From a virus, in IMG/VR virus record IMGVR_UViG_3300013132_006127: 64,000 nt of DNA, one strand, 5' to 3'. A program made the translations under genes and the position numbers. The notes under the pieces are model-generated. The model searched no databases. It was not told the origin of the DNA and worked only from the letters and a program-made list of their open reading frames with translations. Within the stretch, counting starts at the first letter, position 1. Each line of letters begins with the position of its first letter. Positions 38,401 to 46,564 of this stretch are shown here, one piece after another.

Positions 38401-40514
38401 ATATAGTACAAGATAATCTAGAAATAGAATATTATAATGGTATAGCAAATATTAAAGTTTATGCAAAACTATATGGTGAGCCGTCCTTAGAAGATGAAGA
38501 TGAACCGAATGTTAAGACTGTATTGAATGTGAGACTATTAGAAACAGATAATCCTGATATCTTAGATATAGATACTTTTGATCTGACTCAAGATATAAAT
38601 ACTACAGTGGTATCAACTGTTGTATCAGTTACTAGATTAAATACTGATCCGGGATTATTAGCTTCAGCATTCCCAAGACTTATAAATGTATATAAGGAGT
38701 ATCGCTATTGCCTATACAATAAACAGCTTTTCAACACTACACCAACACCTACTACAACCCAAACCTATACTGCTACAACAACAAATACCCTGTCGTCTAC
38801 TCCAACACCAACAACTACTACTACTTTAACCAGTACTCCGACAACATCTTTAACAGAATCTCCAACACCAACAACCACAAGTACTGGAACTCTACCCCCA
38901 GATACCACAAAAACACCGACACCAACTAATACTCCAACTAGAACTCAAACAGGAACTAGAACTCCTACTCCTAGCGTAACTAGAACCAATGATCCTACTG
39001 GCACACCAACACAAACTGTAACTTCAACACCAACACTATCTGGAACAAATACTCCTACTCCTAGTGTTACTCCTACTAAGGAAGCTTTTAATGTTTTATG
39101 GTTAGCTGGAGATATAACAGATGTTATTAATAATGACAACAAACATTTATGTGAAGTTAATGCTTTAGGCGCTCATAGTTATCCTTATCTATACAGAAGA
39201 TTAAAAGTTTTAAGTATAGTTTACGATGCCAATAAAGATGCGACAAAGATTACCATAGATCATGAAAATATTAAGAGTTCTAGCGATCCTATGGTTAATG
39301 ATATCAAGTTTGTTAGCGTTATACCTTTTGTTAATAGTTATGATGATAGTGACTATTCATATCGTTATCAATCGTTTAAACATGTATATGCTAGTGAAGC
39401 TCACTCGTATGCTTTAGATACAGACGATAGACTTTACGCTTGTGGTAGTGGTAAATTTGGTCAGTTAGGTCTAGGTAAAGTACAAGATGTAGACGCTTCC
39501 GGCAACCCAATACTGCCACCAATCATCACTCTTGCACCACGTTTCTTAATGATGAACATGCCCTATGTTGATAAAATTGATTGTAGAGCATTTGCATGGA
39601 AAAAGATATCTCTAGGCAGATTCCATGCAGCAGGCTTAGACAATTTTGGTAGAATATGGTGCTGGGGCCTTAATCAAGAGCAACAAGCCGGTCTAGCGAA
39701 TAATGCCGCAAACACTTTATCTGGTAAAATTTTAACACTAAATGTCACAGCTGACCCATATCCTGTTATTACAGATTTCTTAAAAGCAGATCTAAATATT
39801 AGAACAGGAAGATTTTCTTATGCCCCATTGCCTGTAATGTTATATCGTATATCTGACAATACTTCTAGCTCTTTATTGTTCGAACAAGATTTATGGATTG
39901 ACGTATCTTGTGGAGCGTATCATACATTGGCTATTAAGAAAGAATTCCAAGATAATAGCAATTATGGTTCTTTATGGGGTTGGGGTAACAATCAGTACGC
40001 CCAAGTAGCACCAATCTCTGGAGGAACAAGGGTTATTACTGGTCCAACAGATGCTATTGTTCAAGAGATACTTCTAGTAAGACAAGACAACACCAGAAAC
40101 TATTGGTCTAGAGTATTCGGAGGAAGAGTGAATTCCTTTGCTATACAATCATTAGATAATAGATTATATTCTTGGGGAAGTTTAGAATACGGACAAACAG
40201 GTAATGCTAGAAAGAGCGCCGGTGGTCAGCCTACTCTTAGTATACCAACGGCTATCATTAATGATAACTGGGGAGATACCAGCTCAATATACTATAGTTC
40301 TGATGTGTCGGATGTGTCGTTATTTGGTATGAGTGCCATATCTAATCATTCGTTATTCATCCCCATCCCGAGATCTGTTCAACCAGAACCAACATCTACC
40401 ACAACATCAACACCAGGATTCACTCAATCTATAACTCCTTCTCAAACCGTAACTTCCACACCGTCCACAACACCAACGCTAACATCAACACCAACGCCAA
40501 CTGAGTCTGAATGA
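35430..40514 (+). CDS. Modular adhesin: Ig-like N-domain, FGE-sulfatase/CLec domain (canonical order), TP stalks, interrupted RCC1 propeller
   Basis: TWQDTVRYCNWLHNG..LPTENELYKAAYY..YGLYHLAGNIQE..GFRIG (~35814-36950). RCC1 motifs (GKVWSWGRNSDGQLG, SCGAYHTLAI). Three T/P tracts. Confidence 0.85.
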   Translation: MQEIVVDNCQCPAEVTLGIEIINLTPGVKYTYTLKALNNQLISFRPESDEFVAESSVYRFNTIAFIQEAPVSGLSYIIAVEVFDPFYNKVRQDTLCLKVCSSVPLCSPTPTVTPSTTPSYDSSILLSNYGVVGDLDNSADSDTGKGQVNYFYALSKSPITVNQWIEFLNSVAFYDDPHGLWKEEWATNDVVIVQKFNGAEYCYSLASCSDPNSADGGCLPEDDLLAGNYAVTGLTWQDTVRYCNWLHNGKPKDYPGVGVTETGAYNIYLKTNVIEKTENAKFWLPTENELYKAAYYENSTKQYYQYATISDNPPGLSCLDSSRVLDLLLTELEYNELKDQYNFSTPVNVNADLMYKLRDYVERRLGRTYDDFDEVFSDGKYIFRLRNDYFILFTSGDNPTLLQIDGNKSITNDATLQNVYWGNIKNSLKSYVACDTRPKAYSPYGLYHLAGNIQELTDTNTDNSKTAKVLFGSSFQTPVSEYKKLSKLYSDSIPYTSGATDTGFRIGVNIYSLVRYPLRVYCVGGAASLENENGQSKTLFPGKDNLGGVPFLVGELSYPNLSINYSYEDDIETFKDNNPGYNNLKYASLELVMLDSNNQVVAYVTTNNNGFASPCVVACGYSIGLSFGYLPRLRGKIIPSTWIIGNSVSWSSSIFRNIQPYSVVEQQSLVAPTPTPTPSITSTTTQTPTTTVTLTKTPTSTPTRTPRSTNTPTTTLTLSATPTKTKTPTKTSTPTTTKTVTPTQTPTTTTTLTKTPTPTTTETVTRTPTTTTTLTSTQTQTPTNTQTPTVTPTHTPTQTSTNTPTPSVTPTMAGIKSNVYVWGYNGDNQLSFVDNLKFVLPMDLEKDTSGKFLNYDNVIRYTKNGNGQSIYFDYVSTGTNFSAGIDSLGKIHSVGNNAWGQLGLGNYIGKKNFTPVVMPSGYESTIFKEISLGSSHTLALDTSGKVWSWGRNSDGQLGQHYLLRPISSITQISQDLQTYELKVYGNCINEYIVQDNLEIEYYNGIANIKVYAKLYGEPSLEDEDEPNVKTVLNVRLLETDNPDILDIDTFDLTQDINTTVVSTVVSVTRLNTDPGLLASAFPRLINVYKEYRYCLYNKQLFNTTPTPTTTQTYTATTTNTLSSTPTPTTTTTLTSTPTTSLTESPTPTTTSTGTLPPDTTKTPTPTNTPTRTQTGTRTPTPSVTRTNDPTGTPTQTVTSTPTLSGTNTPTPSVTPTKEAFNVLWLAGDITDVINNDNKHLCEVNALGAHSYPYLYRRLKVLSIVYDANKDATKITIDHENIKSSSDPMVNDIKFVSVIPFVNSYDDSDYSYRYQSFKHVYASEAHSYALDTDDRLYACGSGKFGQLGLGKVQDVDASGNPILPPIITLAPRFLMMNMPYVDKIDCRAFAWKKISLGRFHAAGLDNFGRIWCWGLNQEQQAGLANNAANTLSGKILTLNVTADPYPVITDFLKADLNIRTGRFSYAPLPVMLYRISDNTSSSLLFEQDLWIDVSCGAYHTLAIKKEFQDNSNYGSLWGWGNNQYAQVAPISGGTRVITGPTDAIVQEILLVRQDNTRNYWSRVFGGRVNSFAIQSLDNRLYSWGSLEYGQTGNARKSAGGQPTLSIPTAIINDNWGDTSSIYYSSDVSDVSLFGMSAISNHSLFIPIPRSVQPEPTSTTTSTPGFTQSITPSQTVTSTPSTTPTLTSTPTPTESE

Positions 40515-40539
40515 ACATCGGAATAGGAAATAGGAAATT

Positions 40540-42441
40540 ATGGCCGTTAAGATACTTTTTAAAAATCAAGATCTAAATTATTTCGGTCCAACGCCACTGG
40601 TATCTATCAATTCCGGTACCGGAGAGAATAATAGCGTTATTAATACTATCACTTTAGAAGGTAAGATTTTTTTACCAAGAGTTGGTCAAAACGATACCAC
40701 AATAGGTATTAGTGTTTTAATACCCTTAGAAAATCAATTACGTACTTTATTTCAGCCAAATACTGGTGGACAATTAAAAATACAGTGCGATAATACAGAT
40801 CTTAAATTTTTAAGTTGTGATAATCAGCCTGTAGTTTGTAATGTTAAAAGTTACAATGCTAATAAAACAAGTGATAATTGGACTTTTAGTATAGATTATA
40901 GCGTAGAATTAGAATACATCAATACTCATGCCGACATAGGAAATCCTTGTCCAAATATTCCTATTAGAAGCTATTCTGATTCTTGGGAAATTATTCCAGA
41001 ACAGGATGAGTCATGGTATAACTTACAAATATTACCAACTCAGAATGCTGATCAAATTATAACAGCAGGAAATGGAGTTAATCAAGCAGGAGTTAAAAAT
41101 AATGCTCTTAAATATACAATAACACATAGAATAGGTGCCGTTAGTTATAATGCTGCTACCGGGGTAAAACCAGCAGGAAACGCTCCAGACAATAGACCAT
41201 TATCTGCCGCTTGGATGAACGCTAAATCTTTTGTGCATTGTTATTTATCTAAAGGGTCTTTATCCTCCTCGTATCCTTTCGCAAATACTAATACTAATAA
41301 TATGGGTGTTTTAGAAAGAGATACAGCAGGAACGTCCTTCAATTTTTATAACCACATTAGATCATTTAATATAGACAAAACAAATGGATCGTATGAAATT
41401 ACAGACACTTGGTTAGCTCTTACCAAAGACGTATCCTACTTGGAGGATTACACTGTTGAATATGCTAGTGAAAGTCAGTTTGATAGCACCATGGCTAATC
41501 CACCATGCACTGTAACTATAAATGGTTCTGTTCAGGGACTATCAATAGCAACAACAGGATCATTGGACTCCAACCCTTTTTCTGTTACTCCTCCTTCTGG
41601 TACTGGCGTAACAACAGAAAATGCTAGAAAAATAGATGGCAGTGGTTTATTACCAAACAAAGTAATAGCTATTACTAAAGCAGAAACAGCATTGCACGGG
41701 TGGTACAATTATGTTGAACCAGCATTACACACTAGAGCAATTGCGTTAGCTTCTGTGTTACGATCAGAGAATCTTAATCAGGCTAATCAATCTACAATCA
41801 GAAATCCTAATGTTATAACGGTAAGAAATCAGAACAGACTACCAAATACTGCTACACAAACTGGTCTTAACTCTATTAATCCTAGCGGAGTATATCTAAA
41901 TCGTAATCCTGTTAGTAAAACTTTCGGTTTTAATCCTAAAACTGGTCAAATAACATATTCATATAGATACGCTAGTCAACCTAATAATTCTATGCAGCGT
42001 ATTACTAGATTATCTATTAATGATGATGTTCCATCGTCTGTAGTTAATGAAATTTTTATTCTAGGAAGAAAAAGAGGACCATTATTACAAGATACGGGAG
42101 CTAGTACCGGTAAGTCTAGAACTTTAAGTATTGAAATGCAAACTGATATTCCTAGAAGAATTGATCAGTTGAGTCCTTTATTCACAGGATGTCCTGCGCA
42201 TAGTGGACATCCAGATTATAAGAGATTATTAGATTATGTTGATTTGATGAGACCAATATTACCAGCCAATTGGACACCAACATTGGTTTCAGAAGCTTTA
42301 CAAGACCCGGCAAATAGAGGACAAGGGATAAGTATGCCACGAGGACAATTAAACGGAGAATTGTATATTACATCCGATACTGATAGTTGGGATCCTTTGA
42401 CTGGTAGATTAGGGAAAACTGTAACGTGGAAATGGGATTAA
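40540..42441 (+). CDS. Putative tail-tip structural protein (distal-tail-like position)
   Basis: Beta-rich 633 aa with ITLEGK..IDYSVELE and TGQITYSYRY patterns, directly upstream of the hub-like gene. Function inferred from context only. Confidence 0.45.
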   Translation: MAVKILFKNQDLNYFGPTPLVSINSGTGENNSVINTITLEGKIFLPRVGQNDTTIGISVLIPLENQLRTLFQPNTGGQLKIQCDNTDLKFLSCDNQPVVCNVKSYNANKTSDNWTFSIDYSVELEYINTHADIGNPCPNIPIRSYSDSWEIIPEQDESWYNLQILPTQNADQIITAGNGVNQAGVKNNALKYTITHRIGAVSYNAATGVKPAGNAPDNRPLSAAWMNAKSFVHCYLSKGSLSSSYPFANTNTNNMGVLERDTAGTSFNFYNHIRSFNIDKTNGSYEITDTWLALTKDVSYLEDYTVEYASESQFDSTMANPPCTVTINGSVQGLSIATTGSLDSNPFSVTPPSGTGVTTENARKIDGSGLLPNKVIAITKAETALHGWYNYVEPALHTRAIALASVLRSENLNQANQSTIRNPNVITVRNQNRLPNTATQTGLNSINPSGVYLNRNPVSKTFGFNPKTGQITYSYRYASQPNNSMQRITRLSINDDVPSSVVNEIFILGRKRGPLLQDTGASTGKSRTLSIEMQTDIPRRIDQLSPLFTGCPAHSGHPDYKRLLDYVDLMRPILPANWTPTLVSEALQDPANRGQGISMPRGQLNGELYITSDTDSWDPLTGRLGKTVTWKWD

Positions 42442-42463
42442 TTTAAAACTATAAGGAAAAATT

Positions 42464-45400
42464 ATGTCAGGAATAAATTTTGATCCAGCAGATTTGCCAT
42501 CAGATAAAGATAATGTATGTACTCCTTTTCCCATGCCAACTATGAGTGGCCTTCATGTTGGAGCACGAATAGCTGTTATTAATGCTGTTCCTGATGCTTC
42601 GTGTCAACCAAAAACTGATCCTGCTCCTACTCCAGTACCACAAGCCACTCCGGCCACTATAATACCCACACCGCATCCTCAATTAACACAAACCCGTAGG
42701 GCTCCCAGTCCGAATAGAACAGTTGCTAAACTAGAAAGACCACCATTAGATTGGAGAGTTAGCGGTCCTTTTCCTCAGACATTATTTTTAGGATGTAGCG
42801 TAGTTGACTTTAATTTGAGTCTTGGGTGGGGTAGTGGTGACGGTTCTACTTTAACTGTTACTCTAGTTAGAGACCCCATGCCAACGTTCTCTGTATCGGC
42901 TGAGAGCATAGCAGACAAAAGCTCTAGATATGCTGGCATGAATTATGGTGCTTTAAAAGCAGCAGCAGAAGGAGTAAGAGATACCGCTAATCATTACTAC
43001 AACTCAATGAAGCCTCCAAAAGCATTAGTAGAAAGCTTACAACGAGCACTAGCAGCTTTACCAGTAAATTATACTGAAGCACAATACAGAGCTATTATGG
43101 AGGCTCATAGGTGGACAGCCCCAGCTGCTTTTACAGATGTTAATGGTGGACCTATTATTCCTGGTAAACTATATTACGAATTTAATACATCAACTAAGAG
43201 CTATGAGCAAAAGTACTGGCTTGGTCCAGATCCTGGTTTTATAGGAGACAAATTTAATAATAACTTTGATTATCAGCAATTAAATGGCTGGCCAATTAAT
43301 ATTATAGGAGCACCCGCAAGATTTGTTGTTGATGAATTTGTTTTTTGTGGAATTATTACTGATTGGAAAAAAAATATAAGCTCTGGAGGCACGCAATATA
43401 CTGTTACCTTACAAACACCTGTAAATCTACTAAGAAATTCTAAATTAATATTAGGTCATTATGCCGGTAGTGTTTTTACAAAAAATACGGCTGTGCCTGT
43501 TATAGCCCCTCCACCAAGAGTAGAATACGATAATAGCATACCTTTAACACCATGGGAAACATACTATCAACAAGCATATCCATCGGCGTTTGCTTCATTT
43601 ACAAAAACATACAAAGCATATATTTCTGGTCCAGTTAATATCACTGATACATATGTATCCAATCAAGCTGCTTATAACTACTTTGTTAATCAAAGCTGGA
43701 AAGGAGATATTAAGAATGACGGTAATTTACCTAATGTTATTAATATTTATGGATTTTTAGAAAGTTTAGGTCCAGGATTTTTCGGAGGCTCTAGACAAAA
43801 CGAATTAGGAATCAAATATAATGTAATTACTGGTACCTTGGGAGCAATGCTTGGTTCTCCAAATTCCAATAGTCCGTTTAATCCTTTTGGTGCTTTGGTT
43901 GGAGTTAGCGCAGAACCTCCTTTCAAAAGACCCGATGCTGCGGGTTCAAACCACGAATGGACAGAAGTATTTAGTCTTAACGACAAACCAACGGTTCAAG
44001 ATAAGATATCGGTACCAAATGCTAATGCTGCTCTTGGAAATGTTGCGGGAGCGGACACTCCCGCATTAAAGAACGCATCGGCCGTTTTTACTGAACAAAC
44101 TTATCCGGGCGTAAAAAGCATTTGGGATTTTGGATTAATAGTACCAAAACTTTCTGTTGCTTCTAATACTTTCAAGCAATTATATTATTTAGATCTAACA
44201 GAATTACCGGTTATGCCGGATTTATTAAGATATGATTCTCATAGTACTCCAACAATTAGTATATCAGAATTTGTTGATGATGTGTGTGACAAAGGAGGGT
44301 GTGAATATTTTTGGGAGATGTTACATGTTTCTGGAAACACGTTTGGTATAATAGGAGATACAACAACATACAATATTCTAAAGTTAAGAACAGTTTCTAG
44401 AAAAACTCAGCCTCCAGAAACTGCTGTTGAAGAGTATCTAAGAGGCTTTATTGGAGCCAAAACACAACTAGACTATGGTAAAGAGTTTAATGCTGATGCT
44501 AGAACAAGAGTAATGCATATCGGAGGGAAACAAAAACGATTAATTCAAGTTAAGAATTTTCGTTTAGGAAAAACTCAGTCTGTGCATATATATTCTCCTA
44601 TTACTCGACGTTTTATGATATTGGATGTAAAAGAAAAAAATAAGATTAGAATACCAAATGTTGGATCCACCAGACATCCTTTAAACTTAATTAGAGGAGC
44701 AGAAAATACTAATTTGAATGAAATTTCTACAGCTTTTTTTGCTAATGATATTAATTGGAATCAAACTGATTATGGATCAGGAGGGGGTGGTGGGGTAACA
44801 AATCCAACCGCGGCAACTAAACAAGCGGAAACTGATGATGAAAATCCTGGAGTTAGTAAACCTCAACCATCAAGAGGTAATCTAAAATTAAAATCTGCTA
44901 GAGAAAGAGGAAACAAGTTTCAAGTTACAGAATCTCCAATAACATTTTTAGGTAGCTATTTGCCAAGTGCAACTCTAGTTTTTAATAGATATAGAGATAT
45001 CGTTGTTTATAAAACTAGAATGAATGCCAACGAAACAGCGGCACCAACCAAAAAAACATTTTCCTATACAATGCAAAAAACCATCGATAGTGCTTATAAC
45101 AAAGTTGCAGGCTTCGCCGTCTCCGCTGCTCAATTGGGTCTTAATTCTGTTGCAAAATGGTTCGGTATGAAGACCGTCAACCTCACCTGGAAAAATAAAA
45201 CGACAACACCGCAACAAACAAATGTCTATGGTCAAGGTGATACTTCAAATATAGGTGTTAATTCGGAAAAAAATAAAGACAATGTTAAATTAAAAATTAC
45301 AACTATAAATAGATTTTTCCCATTAATGCATGATGTTATATGTCCATATTTTGGATCCTACAAATACCTACCTATTGATGGTTTTGCAAATTCTGCTAAT

Positions 45401-46537
45401 AGTGCAGAATATATAAAAACACCAAGACCGGTATGGTATGATATGTGGACAAATCAAGTTTTAGTTGTTTTTGGCATAAATGATCTTCCAAGAACACGTA
45501 TGACTTTACGAGGTACTTATGCTAATGGAACATCGTTTGTTGTTACAGAATCAGAAATACGAGCAGCCTTAAGAGGATTCGATGCATGGATAGCGTATCT
45601 TAGTGCAAGACTATATAAACCCGATATAGTACACATGATTAAAAAATTTTTATGTCCATCTGCTAGTACGGTACCAGTACCACCAACTGACCCACCGACA
45701 CAAAGAGGTAGTGCCGCAGCAGATCCTAATAGAAGGGGAGACCCAGCTGCTGCTGATCAAGCAGCACAAGTGGATAACGATGGAGGATCAGGATCATCAG
45801 TACCATCTAGTACATCTATTTTTGATTTGGATAATCTTAATGAGTGTGATTTTTGTAAAATTTTTATGGCAATATTTAAGATGCCAAAAATTAATTTGAT
45901 GAACGGTTCCGTTTTACAAGCCAACAATCCTATTAATCTTAAGGCTGGTTTGGCTGGGGCCCTTTATGATGACATGAGAATATTACATAGTTTTTTTGAA
46001 AATATTGGTAAAGAGTTTTATGGTAAACAATTTATGGTTAAATTACCAATGATTAGAACATATATAGATAGAAGCGTATATATTATAGATGATGGATTTA
46101 ATGATTCTTTATTGTATAATACCGATATGAGAATCATGGAAGGAGACGGTAAAGTTTATTCTAACTATAAGATTAGTCCTCAAGGAGCCTGGGAAGAGGC
46201 CGGAAACATGATTGATGATCAGATGGTAATTGGAGGTTGGTATGCTAATATATTTCAGAATGAACAAGGATTACTTGGTCCTATTTTAGGGTTCTGGTCT
46301 AGTATGGGTTTTGATTATGAATCTTATTTTATTTGTAAATTACTAAAAGAAGGAAATGGTCAAAGAGTTGATCCAGAAAAGACAAAGGGTTCTTTATTTA
46401 AGATTGGAGACATGATTCATTCTCCAAGAGTATGTTTAGATAATGTTGCTGGTACAACTAACAATGATACTACGGATAACAGCTCCGTACAACCTGTTCC
46501 GGATCCAAGAACCCAACCATTAAGACATGGAACATAA
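42464..46537 (+). CDS. Putative baseplate hub/Tal-like protein, N-terminal part
   Basis: FLGCSVVDFNLSLGWG..STLTVTLV and FCGIITDWKKNISSGGTQYTVTLQTPVNLL resemble the first barrel of gp27/Tal-type hubs; ISISEFVDDVCDKGGCEYF helix-strand. Confidence 0.55.
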   Translation: MSGINFDPADLPSDKDNVCTPFPMPTMSGLHVGARIAVINAVPDASCQPKTDPAPTPVPQATPATIIPTPHPQLTQTRRAPSPNRTVAKLERPPLDWRVSGPFPQTLFLGCSVVDFNLSLGWGSGDGSTLTVTLVRDPMPTFSVSAESIADKSSRYAGMNYGALKAAAEGVRDTANHYYNSMKPPKALVESLQRALAALPVNYTEAQYRAIMEAHRWTAPAAFTDVNGGPIIPGKLYYEFNTSTKSYEQKYWLGPDPGFIGDKFNNNFDYQQLNGWPINIIGAPARFVVDEFVFCGIITDWKKNISSGGTQYTVTLQTPVNLLRNSKLILGHYAGSVFTKNTAVPVIAPPPRVEYDNSIPLTPWETYYQQAYPSAFASFTKTYKAYISGPVNITDTYVSNQAAYNYFVNQSWKGDIKNDGNLPNVINIYGFLESLGPGFFGGSRQNELGIKYNVITGTLGAMLGSPNSNSPFNPFGALVGVSAEPPFKRPDAAGSNHEWTEVFSLNDKPTVQDKISVPNANAALGNVAGADTPALKNASAVFTEQTYPGVKSIWDFGLIVPKLSVASNTFKQLYYLDLTELPVMPDLLRYDSHSTPTISISEFVDDVCDKGGCEYFWEMLHVSGNTFGIIGDTTTYNILKLRTVSRKTQPPETAVEEYLRGFIGAKTQLDYGKEFNADARTRVMHIGGKQKRLIQVKNFRLGKTQSVHIYSPITRRFMILDVKEKNKIRIPNVGSTRHPLNLIRGAENTNLNEISTAFFANDINWNQTDYGSGGGGGVTNPTAATKQAETDDENPGVSKPQPSRGNLKLKSARERGNKFQVTESPITFLGSYLPSATLVFNRYRDIVVYKTRMNANETAAPTKKTFSYTMQKTIDSAYNKVAGFAVSAAQLGLNSVAKWFGMKTVNLTWKNKTTTPQQTNVYGQGDTSNIGVNSEKNKDNVKLKITTINRFFPLMHDVICPYFGSYKYLPIDGFANSANSAEYIKTPRPVWYDMWTNQVLVVFGINDLPRTRMTLRGTYANGTSFVVTESEIRAALRGFDAWIAYLSARLYKPDIVHMIKKFLCPSASTVPVPPTDPPTQRGSAAADPNRRGDPAAADQAAQVDNDGGSGSSVPSSTSIFDLDNLNECDFCKIFMAIFKMPKINLMNGSVLQANNPINLKAGLAGALYDDMRILHSFFENIGKEFYGKQFMVKLPMIRTYIDRSVYIIDDGFNDSLLYNTDMRIMEGDGKVYSNYKISPQGAWEEAGNMIDDQMVIGGWYANIFQNEQGLLGPILGFWSSMGFDYESYFICKLLKEGNGQRVDPEKTKGSLFKIGDMIHSPRVCLDNVAGTTNNDTTDNSSVQPVPDPRTQPLRHGT

Positions 46538-46564
46538 GATCATGCAAAATAATGGAGAAATTAA

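Noticed and set aside
33421-39142. Val/Gly-rich minus-strand ORFs (33421, 34057, 37484, 38945; also 24372 and 31269)
   Set aside because: Antisense shadows of Thr/Pro codon tracts (ACN/CCN), not real membrane proteins
22906-40514. Eukaryotic or NCLDV origin suggested by RCC1, mucin-like and SHD1 domains
   Set aside because: Lambda-type TMP cassette, phage fibre motifs, operon-like ATGA/TAATG gene coupling and a Rad52-like annealase point to a bacteriophage; these domains also occur in bacteria
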